Shown: one piece after another, positions 37,801-47,474 of the stretch | Layout: each line of letters begins with the position of its first letter | Numbering within the stretch: the stretch's first letter is position 1 | Assembly: GCA_024408765.1 (NCBI GenBank) | Contig: JAKSUR010000001.1 | Location: 15,612-79,611, forward strand | Direction of reading: 5' to 3' | Source of the DNA: a bacterium | GTDB taxonomy: Bacteria; Cyanobacteriota; Vampirovibrionia; Gastranaerophilales; Gastranaerophilaceae | DNA length: 64,000 nucleotides | Position numbers and translations under genes: made by a program | Notes under the pieces: model-generated | The model's database searches: none | What the model was told of the DNA's origin: nothing | Seen by the model: only the letters and a program-made list of their open reading frames with translations

Positions 37801-39528
37801 ATGAAAAAAAATAAAAAGCAAATAAAACTTTTAGCTATTATTGACGAGATTTTAAATGGTAGAGAGGGAAATGTTCTTTCTCTTCTTGAAGACAAATCCA
37901 ATATGTATGCCAGAAAAACGGCACTCGGCATGAAAACAAGTTTGGGATGGCGAGAACTGACCTATGACGGACTGGGTTTGTTATCCAGAAGGATTGCATC
38001 GTACTTGATTAATGATATAGGTGCAAAACGTGATGAGAAAATGGCAATTTTATCAGAGTCTAAGCCTGAATATGGTGCTTGTGTATTTGCATCAGTCATG
38101 GCAGGCATGACAACTGTTCCTCTTGATATAAAATTGACCATATATGAGTTAACATCTATACTTTCGGATTGTTTGCCATCGGTTATGTTTGTTTCGCAAA
38201 GTCATTTGGATAAAGCTTTAGAACTTCAAAAAGCAATTCCTTCAATAAAGCATATTATTTTGATGGATGAAGTTCAATTGTCAAACGGCTTGCAAAGTAT
38301 TTATACATTACCTACAAATTATCAATGCAAATGGCGTCATCGTTCAAGAAAATCTACAATGTTTATAATTTATACATCCGGTACAACAGGCGCACCAAAA
38401 GGAGTTGAAACAACATTCGGGAATATTTTGGCTCAATTGGCTGATTTAAAAGTTATGCTAAGAAAAATATTTCCTCAAAGAGGGGATGTAAGGATTCTTT
38501 CTATTTTACCGATGAATCATCTTTTTGAAATGACAGTTGGTTTAGCTACATTTTTAAATTTCGGCTTTTCTGTTTATTATACTAAAAGCCTTAAACCAAA
38601 AGATGTTTTGAATATTATTCAGGACAGACAAATTAATTTTATGATTTTAGTTCCGGCATTTTTGCGGTTGTTAAAAAATGTAATGGAAGCAGAAATCAGA
38701 AATTCGTCAAAATGGTACAAGTTTACATTCCCTATTAAATTTTTTGCAGCAAAATTTATTCCTTTCAGATGTTTTAAAAAGCTTATGTTTAAGCGTTTGC
38801 ATAAATTGTTTGGCGGAAGTTTTAAGGCATGCTTATCAGGCGGAGCACCTTTTGATTTGGAAACAGCAATATTTTTCAGAAGAATTGGTATAGATGTATA
38901 TGAAGGTTATGGCTTAACGGAAACAAGCCCTGTCGCGACAATGAACCTTGATAAAAACAGGGATATGCGTTCGGTTGGAAAAGTTTTACCGAGCTATGAA
39001 GCAAAAATCGATTCCGAAACCGGTGAGCTTCTTTTAAAAGGTCCTTCAATTATGAAAGGTTATCACAATCAGCCTGAATTAACAAAGCAAACAATTGATA
39101 AAGATGGTTTTTTGCATACCGGTGATAAAGCCAAGATTGATAAAAAAGGCAGGGTTTATATTACAGGCAGATTAAAAAATATGATAGTTCTATCAGGCGG
39201 TAAAAAAGTTTTTCCGGAAGAAGTTGAAGCTGTGCTTGAAAAATCCGATAAATTCGCCGAGCTTTGTGTCACAGGAATTTCAAGAGAAGGCGGTGCTAAA
39301 GACGGTACGGAGGATATTGCGGTAGTTGTCGTTCCAACAGGTTATATGAGAGAGCAATACCAAGGTGAAGAACTTATGAAAGTCATGAGAGAAGAAGTTA
39401 AGCATCTTTCAAAGAGCCTTGCTCCATATAAAAGACCGATAAATGTTATTATAACCGACGGCCCTTTACCCAGAACCGCAACAAGAAAAATTAAAAGAAG
39501 AGAAGTTAAGGAGCTTATTAAAGCTTAA
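37801..39528 (+). CDS. AMP-dependent synthetase/ligase (long-chain fatty-acid--CoA ligase-like)
   Basis: AMP-binding signature IYTSGTTGAPKGV, plus GYGLTETSP and TGDKAKIDKKGRVYITGRLK. Confidence 0.85.
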   Translation: MKKNKKQIKLLAIIDEILNGREGNVLSLLEDKSNMYARKTALGMKTSLGWRELTYDGLGLLSRRIASYLINDIGAKRDEKMAILSESKPEYGACVFASVMAGMTTVPLDIKLTIYELTSILSDCLPSVMFVSQSHLDKALELQKAIPSIKHIILMDEVQLSNGLQSIYTLPTNYQCKWRHRSRKSTMFIIYTSGTTGAPKGVETTFGNILAQLADLKVMLRKIFPQRGDVRILSILPMNHLFEMTVGLATFLNFGFSVYYTKSLKPKDVLNIIQDRQINFMILVPAFLRLLKNVMEAEIRNSSKWYKFTFPIKFFAAKFIPFRCFKKLMFKRLHKLFGGSFKACLSGGAPFDLETAIFFRRIGIDVYEGYGLTETSPVATMNLDKNRDMRSVGKVLPSYEAKIDSETGELLLKGPSIMKGYHNQPELTKQTIDKDGFLHTGDKAKIDKKGRVYITGRLKNMIVLSGGKKVFPEEVEAVLEKSDKFAELCVTGISREGGAKDGTEDIAVVVVPTGYMREQYQGEELMKVMREEVKHLSKSLAPYKRPINVIITDGPLPRTATRKIKRREVKELIKA

Positions 39529-39530
39529 TT

Positions 39531-40115
39531 ATGTATGAAGAGCTGGAAATAACACATAACCAATGTTTGACTTGTACAAAATGTCCTTTGCATAAGTCAC
39601 GTCATCATGTTGTTTTTTCTGATGGTGTTCCTAACCCTAAAATAATGCTTATTGGTGAAGCTCCGGGATATAATGAAGATATTCAAGGTAAACCGTTTGT
39701 CGGAAAAGCAGGTCAACTTTTAGATAAAATATTTGCATCAGTCGGATTATCCCGAAATGAAATTTATATATGCAATACTATAAAATGCCGACCGCCTGAG
39801 AACAGAAATCCGTTACCTGAGGAAAAAGAAGCTTGTTGGGAATATTTAAAAGAACAAATTGATATTATTCAGCCTAAAATTATTCTTTTATGCGGTAATG
39901 TTGCAGTGCAATCTATTCTCGGTAATGTTGGAGGGATTACTAAAATCAGAGGCAAATGGTTTGATGGAGATGAAAAAGTGCATGGAGCAAAGCTTATGCC
40001 AATATTTCACCCTTCATATCTCTTAAGAAATGACAGCAGAGAAAAGGGTAGTCCTAAATGGCTTATGTGGCAGGATATTCAAGAAATTAAAAGAGTTTAT
40101 GAAAGCTTGGGTTAG
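39531..40115 (+). CDS. Uracil-DNA glycosylase, family 4
   Basis: N-terminal Cys cluster CLTCTKCPL, GEAPGYNED, and the HPSYLLR motif. Confidence 0.9.
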   Translation: MYEELEITHNQCLTCTKCPLHKSRHHVVFSDGVPNPKIMLIGEAPGYNEDIQGKPFVGKAGQLLDKIFASVGLSRNEIYICNTIKCRPPENRNPLPEEKEACWEYLKEQIDIIQPKIILLCGNVAVQSILGNVGGITKIRGKWFDGDEKVHGAKLMPIFHPSYLLRNDSREKGSPKWLMWQDIQEIKRVYESLG

Positions 40116-40355
40116 CTATATCCAAAAAGCAATCGCAAAACCAACGCTTTGTGTGTATTAAACTCAAGCAAGTAAATGACCTCATTCAATATGGATGTAA
40201 AGAAATATTAAGACGAATTTTTAATATTGATAACAAGGCGGAAACCCTTGTGAAATCTGCGATATGATATGAGGCAAGTTGTGTCCTTCTTTAGCAATTT
40301 TTAAACTCCAAAATTCTTTATATAAATACAAGGGGAATTATTTGGAGAATTTATA

Positions 40356-41450
40356 ATGGGATTTAATGTAAAAATGACTAAATTTTTGACTAGCTTCGTG
40401 TGCAATTCAAAAGCAAAAAATTTGCCGAATTACATTGTCAGAGATCTGGAAAAGATTAATTCTGCTTCTGAACGTACTGTGTTTGAAGGCTTATTTAAAA
40501 AGGCAGGTAAAATGCGTGGAGAAGGACGTCTGGCAGTTGAATATGTTGATGATATAGTTCAGAAATATAATATGTGTCCGGATTCTGTTGCAAAACAACG
40601 AGCCATGGAAATTATTAATGGGAAACAAGATTTTTATAAAAATTTGCGAGATGCAGAAGATATTCTCGATTCGGTATGCACTAAAGAGGGTCTTTATTTT
40701 TCACTTGGAAATGTATGCACGAAAGGTGAGCTTAAATTAATAGAAAAAGAACTGCGGGGTTTTTATGACAATGTATTTTGTCCGCAAATCAAACCCAAAA
40801 GGTCAAGCATTAATTGTATAGCATCATTCGATGGTGGTCAAGGTGCATATAATCCATATATAAATGCTACAATAATGGATTCCAACATGATTACTAAACC
40901 TGTTATATATAAAGTAATAGATAAAACAACAAGAAAAACAGTAGATTCAAAAAATTGTTTATGGCAGATGCATGGAAGTAGAAAATGCATGTTGAGCAAA
41001 ATTGAAAAACAAGGTTTAAAAAATGTTGAACTAGTACCCTTATCCAGAAATGAACGTTTAAATAGCTTAAAATCAAGTTTAGCACACGAAAATTTTCATG
41101 CATGCCAATTTAATAATATGTTATTACATCCGAATATTGGGTATAAAGAACTAAATAAATGTTTTGAACTACTCTTAGATCAAAATCAAGATATTAAAAA
41201 AACTCAGGAAATCATGACAAAAGCTATATGGTGGTCACAAAGTCATATATTTACTCTATTTCATAAAAAATTAAAACCGAATTCTCAGCTGGCTAAAGAT
41301 ACGATGAAACAATTTAAAGATTATAGAGAAATGTTAGTACTAGACCCTAAATCTGAAAAATCATTGGAGTTATACTATAAATCCGCAACTGAAGTGGAGG
41401 CATATAGTAAAGAACGCTTATTTGCGATAAAAAATGGCTTACTGATCTAG
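40356..41450 (+). CDS. Hypothetical protein with a zinc-metalloprotease HExxH motif
   Basis: 364 aa with a GGAG SD. HENFH lies at 41085-41099 within SLAHENFHACQF. There is no signal peptide and I recognise no family. Confidence 0.5.
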   Translation: MGFNVKMTKFLTSFVCNSKAKNLPNYIVRDLEKINSASERTVFEGLFKKAGKMRGEGRLAVEYVDDIVQKYNMCPDSVAKQRAMEIINGKQDFYKNLRDAEDILDSVCTKEGLYFSLGNVCTKGELKLIEKELRGFYDNVFCPQIKPKRSSINCIASFDGGQGAYNPYINATIMDSNMITKPVIYKVIDKTTRKTVDSKNCLWQMHGSRKCMLSKIEKQGLKNVELVPLSRNERLNSLKSSLAHENFHACQFNNMLLHPNIGYKELNKCFELLLDQNQDIKKTQEIMTKAIWWSQSHIFTLFHKKLKPNSQLAKDTMKQFKDYREMLVLDPKSEKSLELYYKSATEVEAYSKERLFAIKNGLLI

Positions 41451-41478
41451 TTTGCAGGGTGCAATTTTTTGCACCTTA
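41449..41478 (+). repeat. Copy C of the roughly 30-bp element (AGTTTGCAGGGTGCAATTTTTTGCACCTTA); this copy is a perfect hairpin GGTGCA-N6-TGCACC
   Basis: It begins inside the stop codon of the HExxH ORF. It is 29/30 identical to copy A, allowing one indel. Confidence 0.8.
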
Positions 41479-41547
41479 ATTAAAAACATTGAGAGTTTTT
41501 CTTGAATGTGGGGTGCAAGTTTTTATATAAATGCTTGAATTATTCTG

Positions 41548-41576
41548 TTGCAATATAAAACAGTTCGTTCTATAAT
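41548..41576 (+). promoter_or_regulatory. Putative sigma-70 promoter TTGCAA-17-TATAAT
   Basis: TTGCAA is at 41548-41553 and TATAAT at 41571-41576. The ATG at 41586 is only 10 nt past the -10 box and has no SD, which suggests a leaderless or near-leaderless mRNA. Confidence 0.45.
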
Positions 41577-41585
41577 ATATCGGCT

Positions 41586-42545
41586 ATGAAAATTATTTCT
41601 CAATTAACAGTGATCGGAAATTACGGTTGCTACGGATGTGCTAATGTGTATCGTGCAGAGAATAATAATTCGCCTGCTTTTAAGTCGGTGCTTTATAATC
41701 CTAATTCGATTATTTATAAAACCAATCCGGCATTAAAATTTATGGATTCTTATTTTATTCATACAATTGAGATTTCCAGAAAATCATGGCATATAACAAA
41801 TAAAGAATTGCAACCGTATTTAAAAGTTGTTGATATTGAAAATAAAAAAAATCCGCATGTAAGGATGTGGGATATTAATAACGGCAATAAGAAAAAATAT
41901 GCAGTTATATTACATGGAATCAGTAATAATATTTCAAGTTTGCAAGAAATGTATAAAAAAATTATTAATAATACTGAATATGCCATACTAGCACCTGAAT
42001 ATCACGGATTGACTCCTGAAAATAATGAAAATATATATATTGAGCCCAAAAATATCCTTAGAGATACTAAAAATTCTATAGAGTATTTGAATAAAAAGGG
42101 TATTGAAAATAATAATATTACCGTTATTGGTCATTGTTTTGGCGGGTTTGTTGCATCAATGCTTGCAAAAGAATATTCTGATTTAGAAAATCTGATTCTG
42201 ATAACTCCAATAAGTACAAGTAAATATATATCAACTAAAATTCAAGAAAATAAAAATAAGCATATTCCTCAATCGGTAGTAAATACTCTTGGGAAAAAAC
42301 ATGTAGTTTTGGATAAATTATTAAAACTTTTCTTTAATACAACTAAACAACTAAAAAAAGTAAAATCACCTGTTGACATTATTTATGCCAATTCTGATCA
42401 ATATACAAACATAAATGATACGATTAACATGGCATATCATTGTAAAAATTTTCGCAGTCTGAAAATGGTTGATGGTTTTCACGCAATGGATGAAAATAAA
42501 ATTAATGCAATTGTATCAATTTTAAACTCAAATAAATCCAATTAA
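41586..42545 (+). CDS. Alpha/beta hydrolase with a cysteine nucleophile elbow (dienelactone-hydrolase-like GxCxG)
   Basis: ILHG oxyanion region, VIGHCFGGFVA (Cys codon at 42135-42137), and later ANSDQY and DGFHAMDE, consistent with a Cys-Asp-His triad. Confidence 0.6.
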   Translation: MKIISQLTVIGNYGCYGCANVYRAENNNSPAFKSVLYNPNSIIYKTNPALKFMDSYFIHTIEISRKSWHITNKELQPYLKVVDIENKKNPHVRMWDINNGNKKKYAVILHGISNNISSLQEMYKKIINNTEYAILAPEYHGLTPENNENIYIEPKNILRDTKNSIEYLNKKGIENNNITVIGHCFGGFVASMLAKEYSDLENLILITPISTSKYISTKIQENKNKHIPQSVVNTLGKKHVVLDKLLKLFFNTTKQLKKVKSPVDIIYANSDQYTNINDTINMAYHCKNFRSLKMVDGFHAMDENKINAIVSILNSNKSN

Positions 42546-42614
42546 ATACTGAAATAAATTCCCTGGACAAACCATATTATTTTGCATAATTATTTCTTTT
42601 TGGAATCATTTCAA

Positions 42615-43007
42615 CTATTTGTTTAAAGCGGCTTTTAATCTCGCAAGCGAACGAGCCAGAGCGGCTTGTGCTCTTTGTGTATCAATTTTTGCGTTACTAT
42701 CGGCAAGTCTTGATTCTGCACGATTTTTCGCTGCATTTGCTCTTGTTATGTCAATATCCTTTCCATCCTCGCAAACATCAGTAAGGATTGTAGCAATATT
42801 ATCTTTGAATTGAAAAATTCCGCCAATAGTTGCAAAATATTTGTAGTTTTCACCTTGCTTAATTTTTGTAACACCAACATCTAAAACTGTAGTTATCGGC
42901 AAACGGTCTTTTAATATACCCATTTGACCTGTTTTAGTTTGGATAACAATTTCGTCAGCTTCGCCTTCAAAAACTATTTTTTCGTGAGTTATTATTTTTA
43001 ATTTCAT
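42615..43007 (-). CDS. atpC: F0F1 ATP synthase subunit epsilon
   Basis: 130 aa with a beta-sandwich N-terminus and a helical C-terminus (RAESRLADSNAKIDTQRAQAALARSLARL). It lies directly downstream of atpD. Confidence 0.93.
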   Translation of the reverse strand: MKLKIITHEKIVFEGEADEIVIQTKTGQMGILKDRLPITTVLDVGVTKIKQGENYKYFATIGGIFQFKDNIATILTDVCEDGKDIDITRANAAKNRAESRLADSNAKIDTQRAQAALARSLARLKAALNK

Positions 43008-43013
43008 AGCAAC

Positions 43014-44435
<1,422 letters not shown>

Positions 44436-44652
44436 TTATAGCGAAATTCGCTTTTCTAACTCTCTTCTATTCGGAAATTATACTATAAACTTTAAGGTCA
44501 AGCAAGGTTTTTTACTCCTACTTTTAGGGTAATTTTTTATAAATTTACAAATAAAAAGTTTTTATTTTTTTATTAATTTTGTTGCCACAAGATGACTTTT
44601 TAATGTAAAATAATATGTGTTAGTCAAAAATTTTTAAATGTCGGGGTAAAAA

Positions 44653-45105
44653 ATGAAAAAAATTTTTATATGGTTAATTGCCGGATTTTTATTGCTTTCA
44701 GCAATATCTCTTGATGTATCTGCCGCAAAAAAAGCAGGCAAGCTTTCAAAAGAAGAAGTGCAAGAAATGTCCGATAATTTGGATAATATTACTAAAAAAA
44801 TATACGGAAGAGCATTGCTTTCTCCAAATGATACAGAAACGCTTATCGGAATAAAAATCAAACTTGATAATTCTATGTTAGTAGCAACAGCAAGTGAGCT
44901 TGCGCCTTTGTATTATAAAACGGGTAATGTATATCGACTCAGGGAAATGAAATCGGAAGCGATTGATTGTTATAAGACGATTTTGGAAAATTTTTCCGAT
45001 ACGGCACTTGCACCGAAAGCCCGTCAGGCTTTGAGTGAACTTGGTGTAACTATTGAAGCTCCAAAAGAAACGGAAGAAGAAACCGAAGAAGATGAAGGAA
45101 TATAG
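44653..45105 (+). CDS. Secreted TPR-like protein (YbgF/CpoB-like C-terminal module) with an acidic tail
   Basis: The signal peptide is MKKIFIWLIAGFLLLSAISLDVSA. A TPR-like segment reads LYYKTGNVYRLREMKSEAIDCYKTILENFSDTALAPKARQAL. The tail reads ETEEETEEDEG. Confidence 0.5.
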   Translation: MKKIFIWLIAGFLLLSAISLDVSAAKKAGKLSKEEVQEMSDNLDNITKKIYGRALLSPNDTETLIGIKIKLDNSMLVATASELAPLYYKTGNVYRLREMKSEAIDCYKTILENFSDTALAPKARQALSELGVTIEAPKETEEETEEDEGI

Positions 45106-45107
45106 TT

Positions 45108-45368
45108 AGAGGGTTGGTGGTGGCTTTTGTTTTAACTTGTAGTCTTTAGACCAATTCAACCCGACCTCGTAAGCGTCAATCGTGAACCAACTCCGAATAG
45201 AGTCAGCAGAGGGTTGGCGGTGGTTTTTGTTTTAACTTGTAGTCTTTAGACCAATTCAACCCGACCTCGTAAGCGTCAATCGTGAACCAACTCCGAATAG
45301 AGTCAGCAGAGGGTTGGCGGTGGTTTTTGTTTTAACTTGTAGTCTTTAGACCAATTCAACCCGACCTC
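45108..45368. repeat. Tandem direct repeat: 2.6 copies of an exactly 100-bp unit
   Basis: Unit starts are at 45108, 45208 and 45308. Copies 2 and 3 are identical over 61 bp. Copy 1 differs at two positions (TGGTGGC versus CGGTGGT). The unit has 46 G+C of 100 by hand count, against AT-rich flanks. Confidence 0.95.
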
Positions 45369-45403
45369 TATTAAAAAAGCAAAAAAAATTTTTTAGGGGT
45401 TTT

Positions 45404-46012
45404 ATGTATGATATGGAGATTACATTTAAAGCCCGATATATAAATAAAGCCCCGATAAGAGTTATTGCAGGGAATGTGTACAAAGATGCAAGCTTTGTAA
45501 AACTGGATATACGTAGTAATAATGACATGAGTATAATAAATCGTGTTGCGAATTCTTATCAAAGAGCATTGAATAATAATCCGAACGAGTATAATTATGC
45601 AGACAAATTAAGGGATAAATTTAATAAATTATTTAATAATCCTTCCAAACAAAATAACGAAAATTTTTATGCATTGACTGTTGAAAATGTTAATAAAGAT
45701 GGTGATATAAAGAGCATGGATACTGATAAAATACTTGGGGTAGCACAGGTTAATGACAATCCTGAGGGAAAAGATTGCGAATTAAAATATTTTCAAGTAC
45801 ATCCGGCAACAAAATATAAAGCATTGAATCGTAAATATTCAGGCATAGGAGAAGCTATTTGGGATTCAATTTTAGGTATTTTTCAAAAAGATATTGTAGC
45901 AACTTATGATATCAAGGCATTGGGTTTTTATCTTAAGCACGGATGTGAAGGCTTGTCTATGGACAAGGTGATATACAGACATGAAGGTAATAAATTAAAT
46001 TGCGAGGTATAG
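45404..46012 (+). CDS. GNAT-family N-acetyltransferase-like protein
   Basis: 202 aa. The acetyl-CoA motif A-like segment is FQVHP...RKYSGIGEAIWDSIL (R-x-x-G-x-G), with a C-terminal ALGFYLKHGCE. A GGGG SD lies 4 nt upstream. Confidence 0.5.
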   Translation: MYDMEITFKARYINKAPIRVIAGNVYKDASFVKLDIRSNNDMSIINRVANSYQRALNNNPNEYNYADKLRDKFNKLFNNPSKQNNENFYALTVENVNKDGDIKSMDTDKILGVAQVNDNPEGKDCELKYFQVHPATKYKALNRKYSGIGEAIWDSILGIFQKDIVATYDIKALGFYLKHGCEGLSMDKVIYRHEGNKLNCEV

Positions 46013-46023
46013 TTATAATTGCA

Positions 46024-46443
46024 TTACATAGCCATTTGAGTTAATTCTGTGTAGGCATTAATTATTCTGTTTCTAACCTGAATAGCCATTTGCATACTAA
46101 GTTCTGCTTTTTCTGCTGCTATCATTGCATCATGAATACTTGTAGAACCGCCCATAGCTAAATCTTCCTGCAATCTGTCTGCTTCAATCTTGGCTTTATT
46201 GACGGAATCAAGACCGGCTGTAAAACTGTTTTCAATTTTATTCATAAAGTAACCTGCACCTGAGGTATCGAATTTGTCTTTCAGGGGAACAGATTTTGAA
46301 GCACTTTCCAACGCTTTTCCAAATTCAGAAGGTTCGGTTTCAATTTCAAAAGAAGCGTTACCTTGAAGGTATTTGTTATAATCGCTTATTGCATTCAAGT
46401 TAAATTCAGTATTAAAAGATTGTATGCTTGTTGAAAAATTCAT
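46024..46443 (-). CDS. fliE: Flagellar hook-basal body complex protein FliE (with a longer than usual N-terminal region)
   Basis: The C-terminal signature is GGSTSIHDAMIAAEKAELSMQMAIQVRNRIINAYTELTQM. It follows flgC. Confidence 0.85.
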   Translation of the reverse strand: MNFSTSIQSFNTEFNLNAISDYNKYLQGNASFEIETEPSEFGKALESASKSVPLKDKFDTSGAGYFMNKIENSFTAGLDSVNKAKIEADRLQEDLAMGGSTSIHDAMIAAEKAELSMQMAIQVRNRIINAYTELTQMAM

Positions 46444-46455
46444 TTAACCGCCTTT

Positions 46456-46962
46456 TTATATATTCATAGCACTTTGCATCATGGTTTTTACGTTTTCAGC
46501 AACTGTTGCGTTAGCTTCATAAGCACGAGAAGCCGCAATCATATCTACCATTTCTTCTACAACATTGACATTCGGGAGATCCACATAGCCTTCTTCATCA
46601 GCATCAGGATGGGAAGGGTCATATACGGTCTTAATTCCGTCCTCTCTCTCGTATATTTGTTCAACTTGTACACCACCTGTAACATAGCCGTTATTGAGTG
46701 CATAATTTGCGTTTATTAACATTCTGCCTGTAGCAGGGTCAAAAACTGGGTCAGGAGCATTACCGGAAAAATTTGAAGGACCTCTGTTAAGATTATCCTC
46801 GTATATTGTTCTGAATGAAACATCTTTTTTGATATAAACGCCTTTCGAACCGTCAGGTTTTCTGGTGGTATTTATGTTGGCGATATTACTTGCAATTGTG
46901 TCCATTTTGGCTCTTTGAGCCGTCATTCCTGAACCTGCTATGTCAAAAATATTAAAACTCAT
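46456..46962 (-). CDS. flgC: Flagellar basal-body rod protein FlgC
   Basis: N-terminal GSGMTAQRAKMDTIASNIANINTT and C-terminal VNVVEEMVDMIAASRAYEAN. Confidence 0.93.
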   Translation of the reverse strand: MSFNIFDIAGSGMTAQRAKMDTIASNIANINTTRKPDGSKGVYIKKDVSFRTIYEDNLNRGPSNFSGNAPDPVFDPATGRMLINANYALNNGYVTGGVQVEQIYEREDGIKTVYDPSHPDADEEGYVDLPNVNVVEEMVDMIAASRAYEANATVAENVKTMMQSAMNI

Positions 46963-46990
46963 AGTTTTATCCTTTTAATTTTTAGTAATG

Positions 46991-47473
46991 TTATTGTCCT
47001 CTAATCACTTCACTAAGACCGCTAAATTGCTTACGTTCGAGGTTTGAAAGCATTAAATATTGAGTACCGGTTTTAGATAAATCCATCATTTCACGTTCCA
47101 ACTCAACATTGTTACCGTCAATATTTGAACCATTGTAAATATCTGTTACATATTGAGGTCTGTAATCCTCCATTGTATTGGATTTCAGATAAGCCTGTTC
47201 TTGTTTTGTCGGGATTCTATATTTTCGAATTTCTCCCGTAAAAACATCCACATTCGGAGGTGTGTATTTAATACTGTTTTGACCTTTTATATAATCTTTT
47301 AAATCCTCACGTTCAATTATTTCGGCAAGCTGGCTTTCAAAAGCGACTTCTTTTCTTTGATAATCAGGAGTCATAACATTGGCTATATTTGAAGATATAG
47401 CTTGTTGTCTTTCCATTAATCCATCCATACCGAGTTTTGTAAGTTCAATTGTTCTTGAAGAAATCAAATCCAT
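46991..47473 (-). CDS. flgB: Flagellar basal-body rod protein FlgB
   Basis: RQQAISSNIANVMTPDYQRKEV motif. The ATG at 47473 has an AGGAG SD lying inside the 3' end of the kinase gene. Confidence 0.9.
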   Translation of the reverse strand: MDLISSRTIELTKLGMDGLMERQQAISSNIANVMTPDYQRKEVAFESQLAEIIEREDLKDYIKGQNSIKYTPPNVDVFTGEIRKYRIPTKQEQAYLKSNTMEDYRPQYVTDIYNGSNIDGNNVELEREMMDLSKTGTQYLMLSNLERKQFSGLSEVIRGQ

Positions 47474-47474
47474 A

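Noticed and set aside
45108-45368. The tandem repeat read as a CRISPR array
   Set aside because: The whole 100-bp unit is repeated head-to-tail with no unique spacers, and there are no cas genes in the window.
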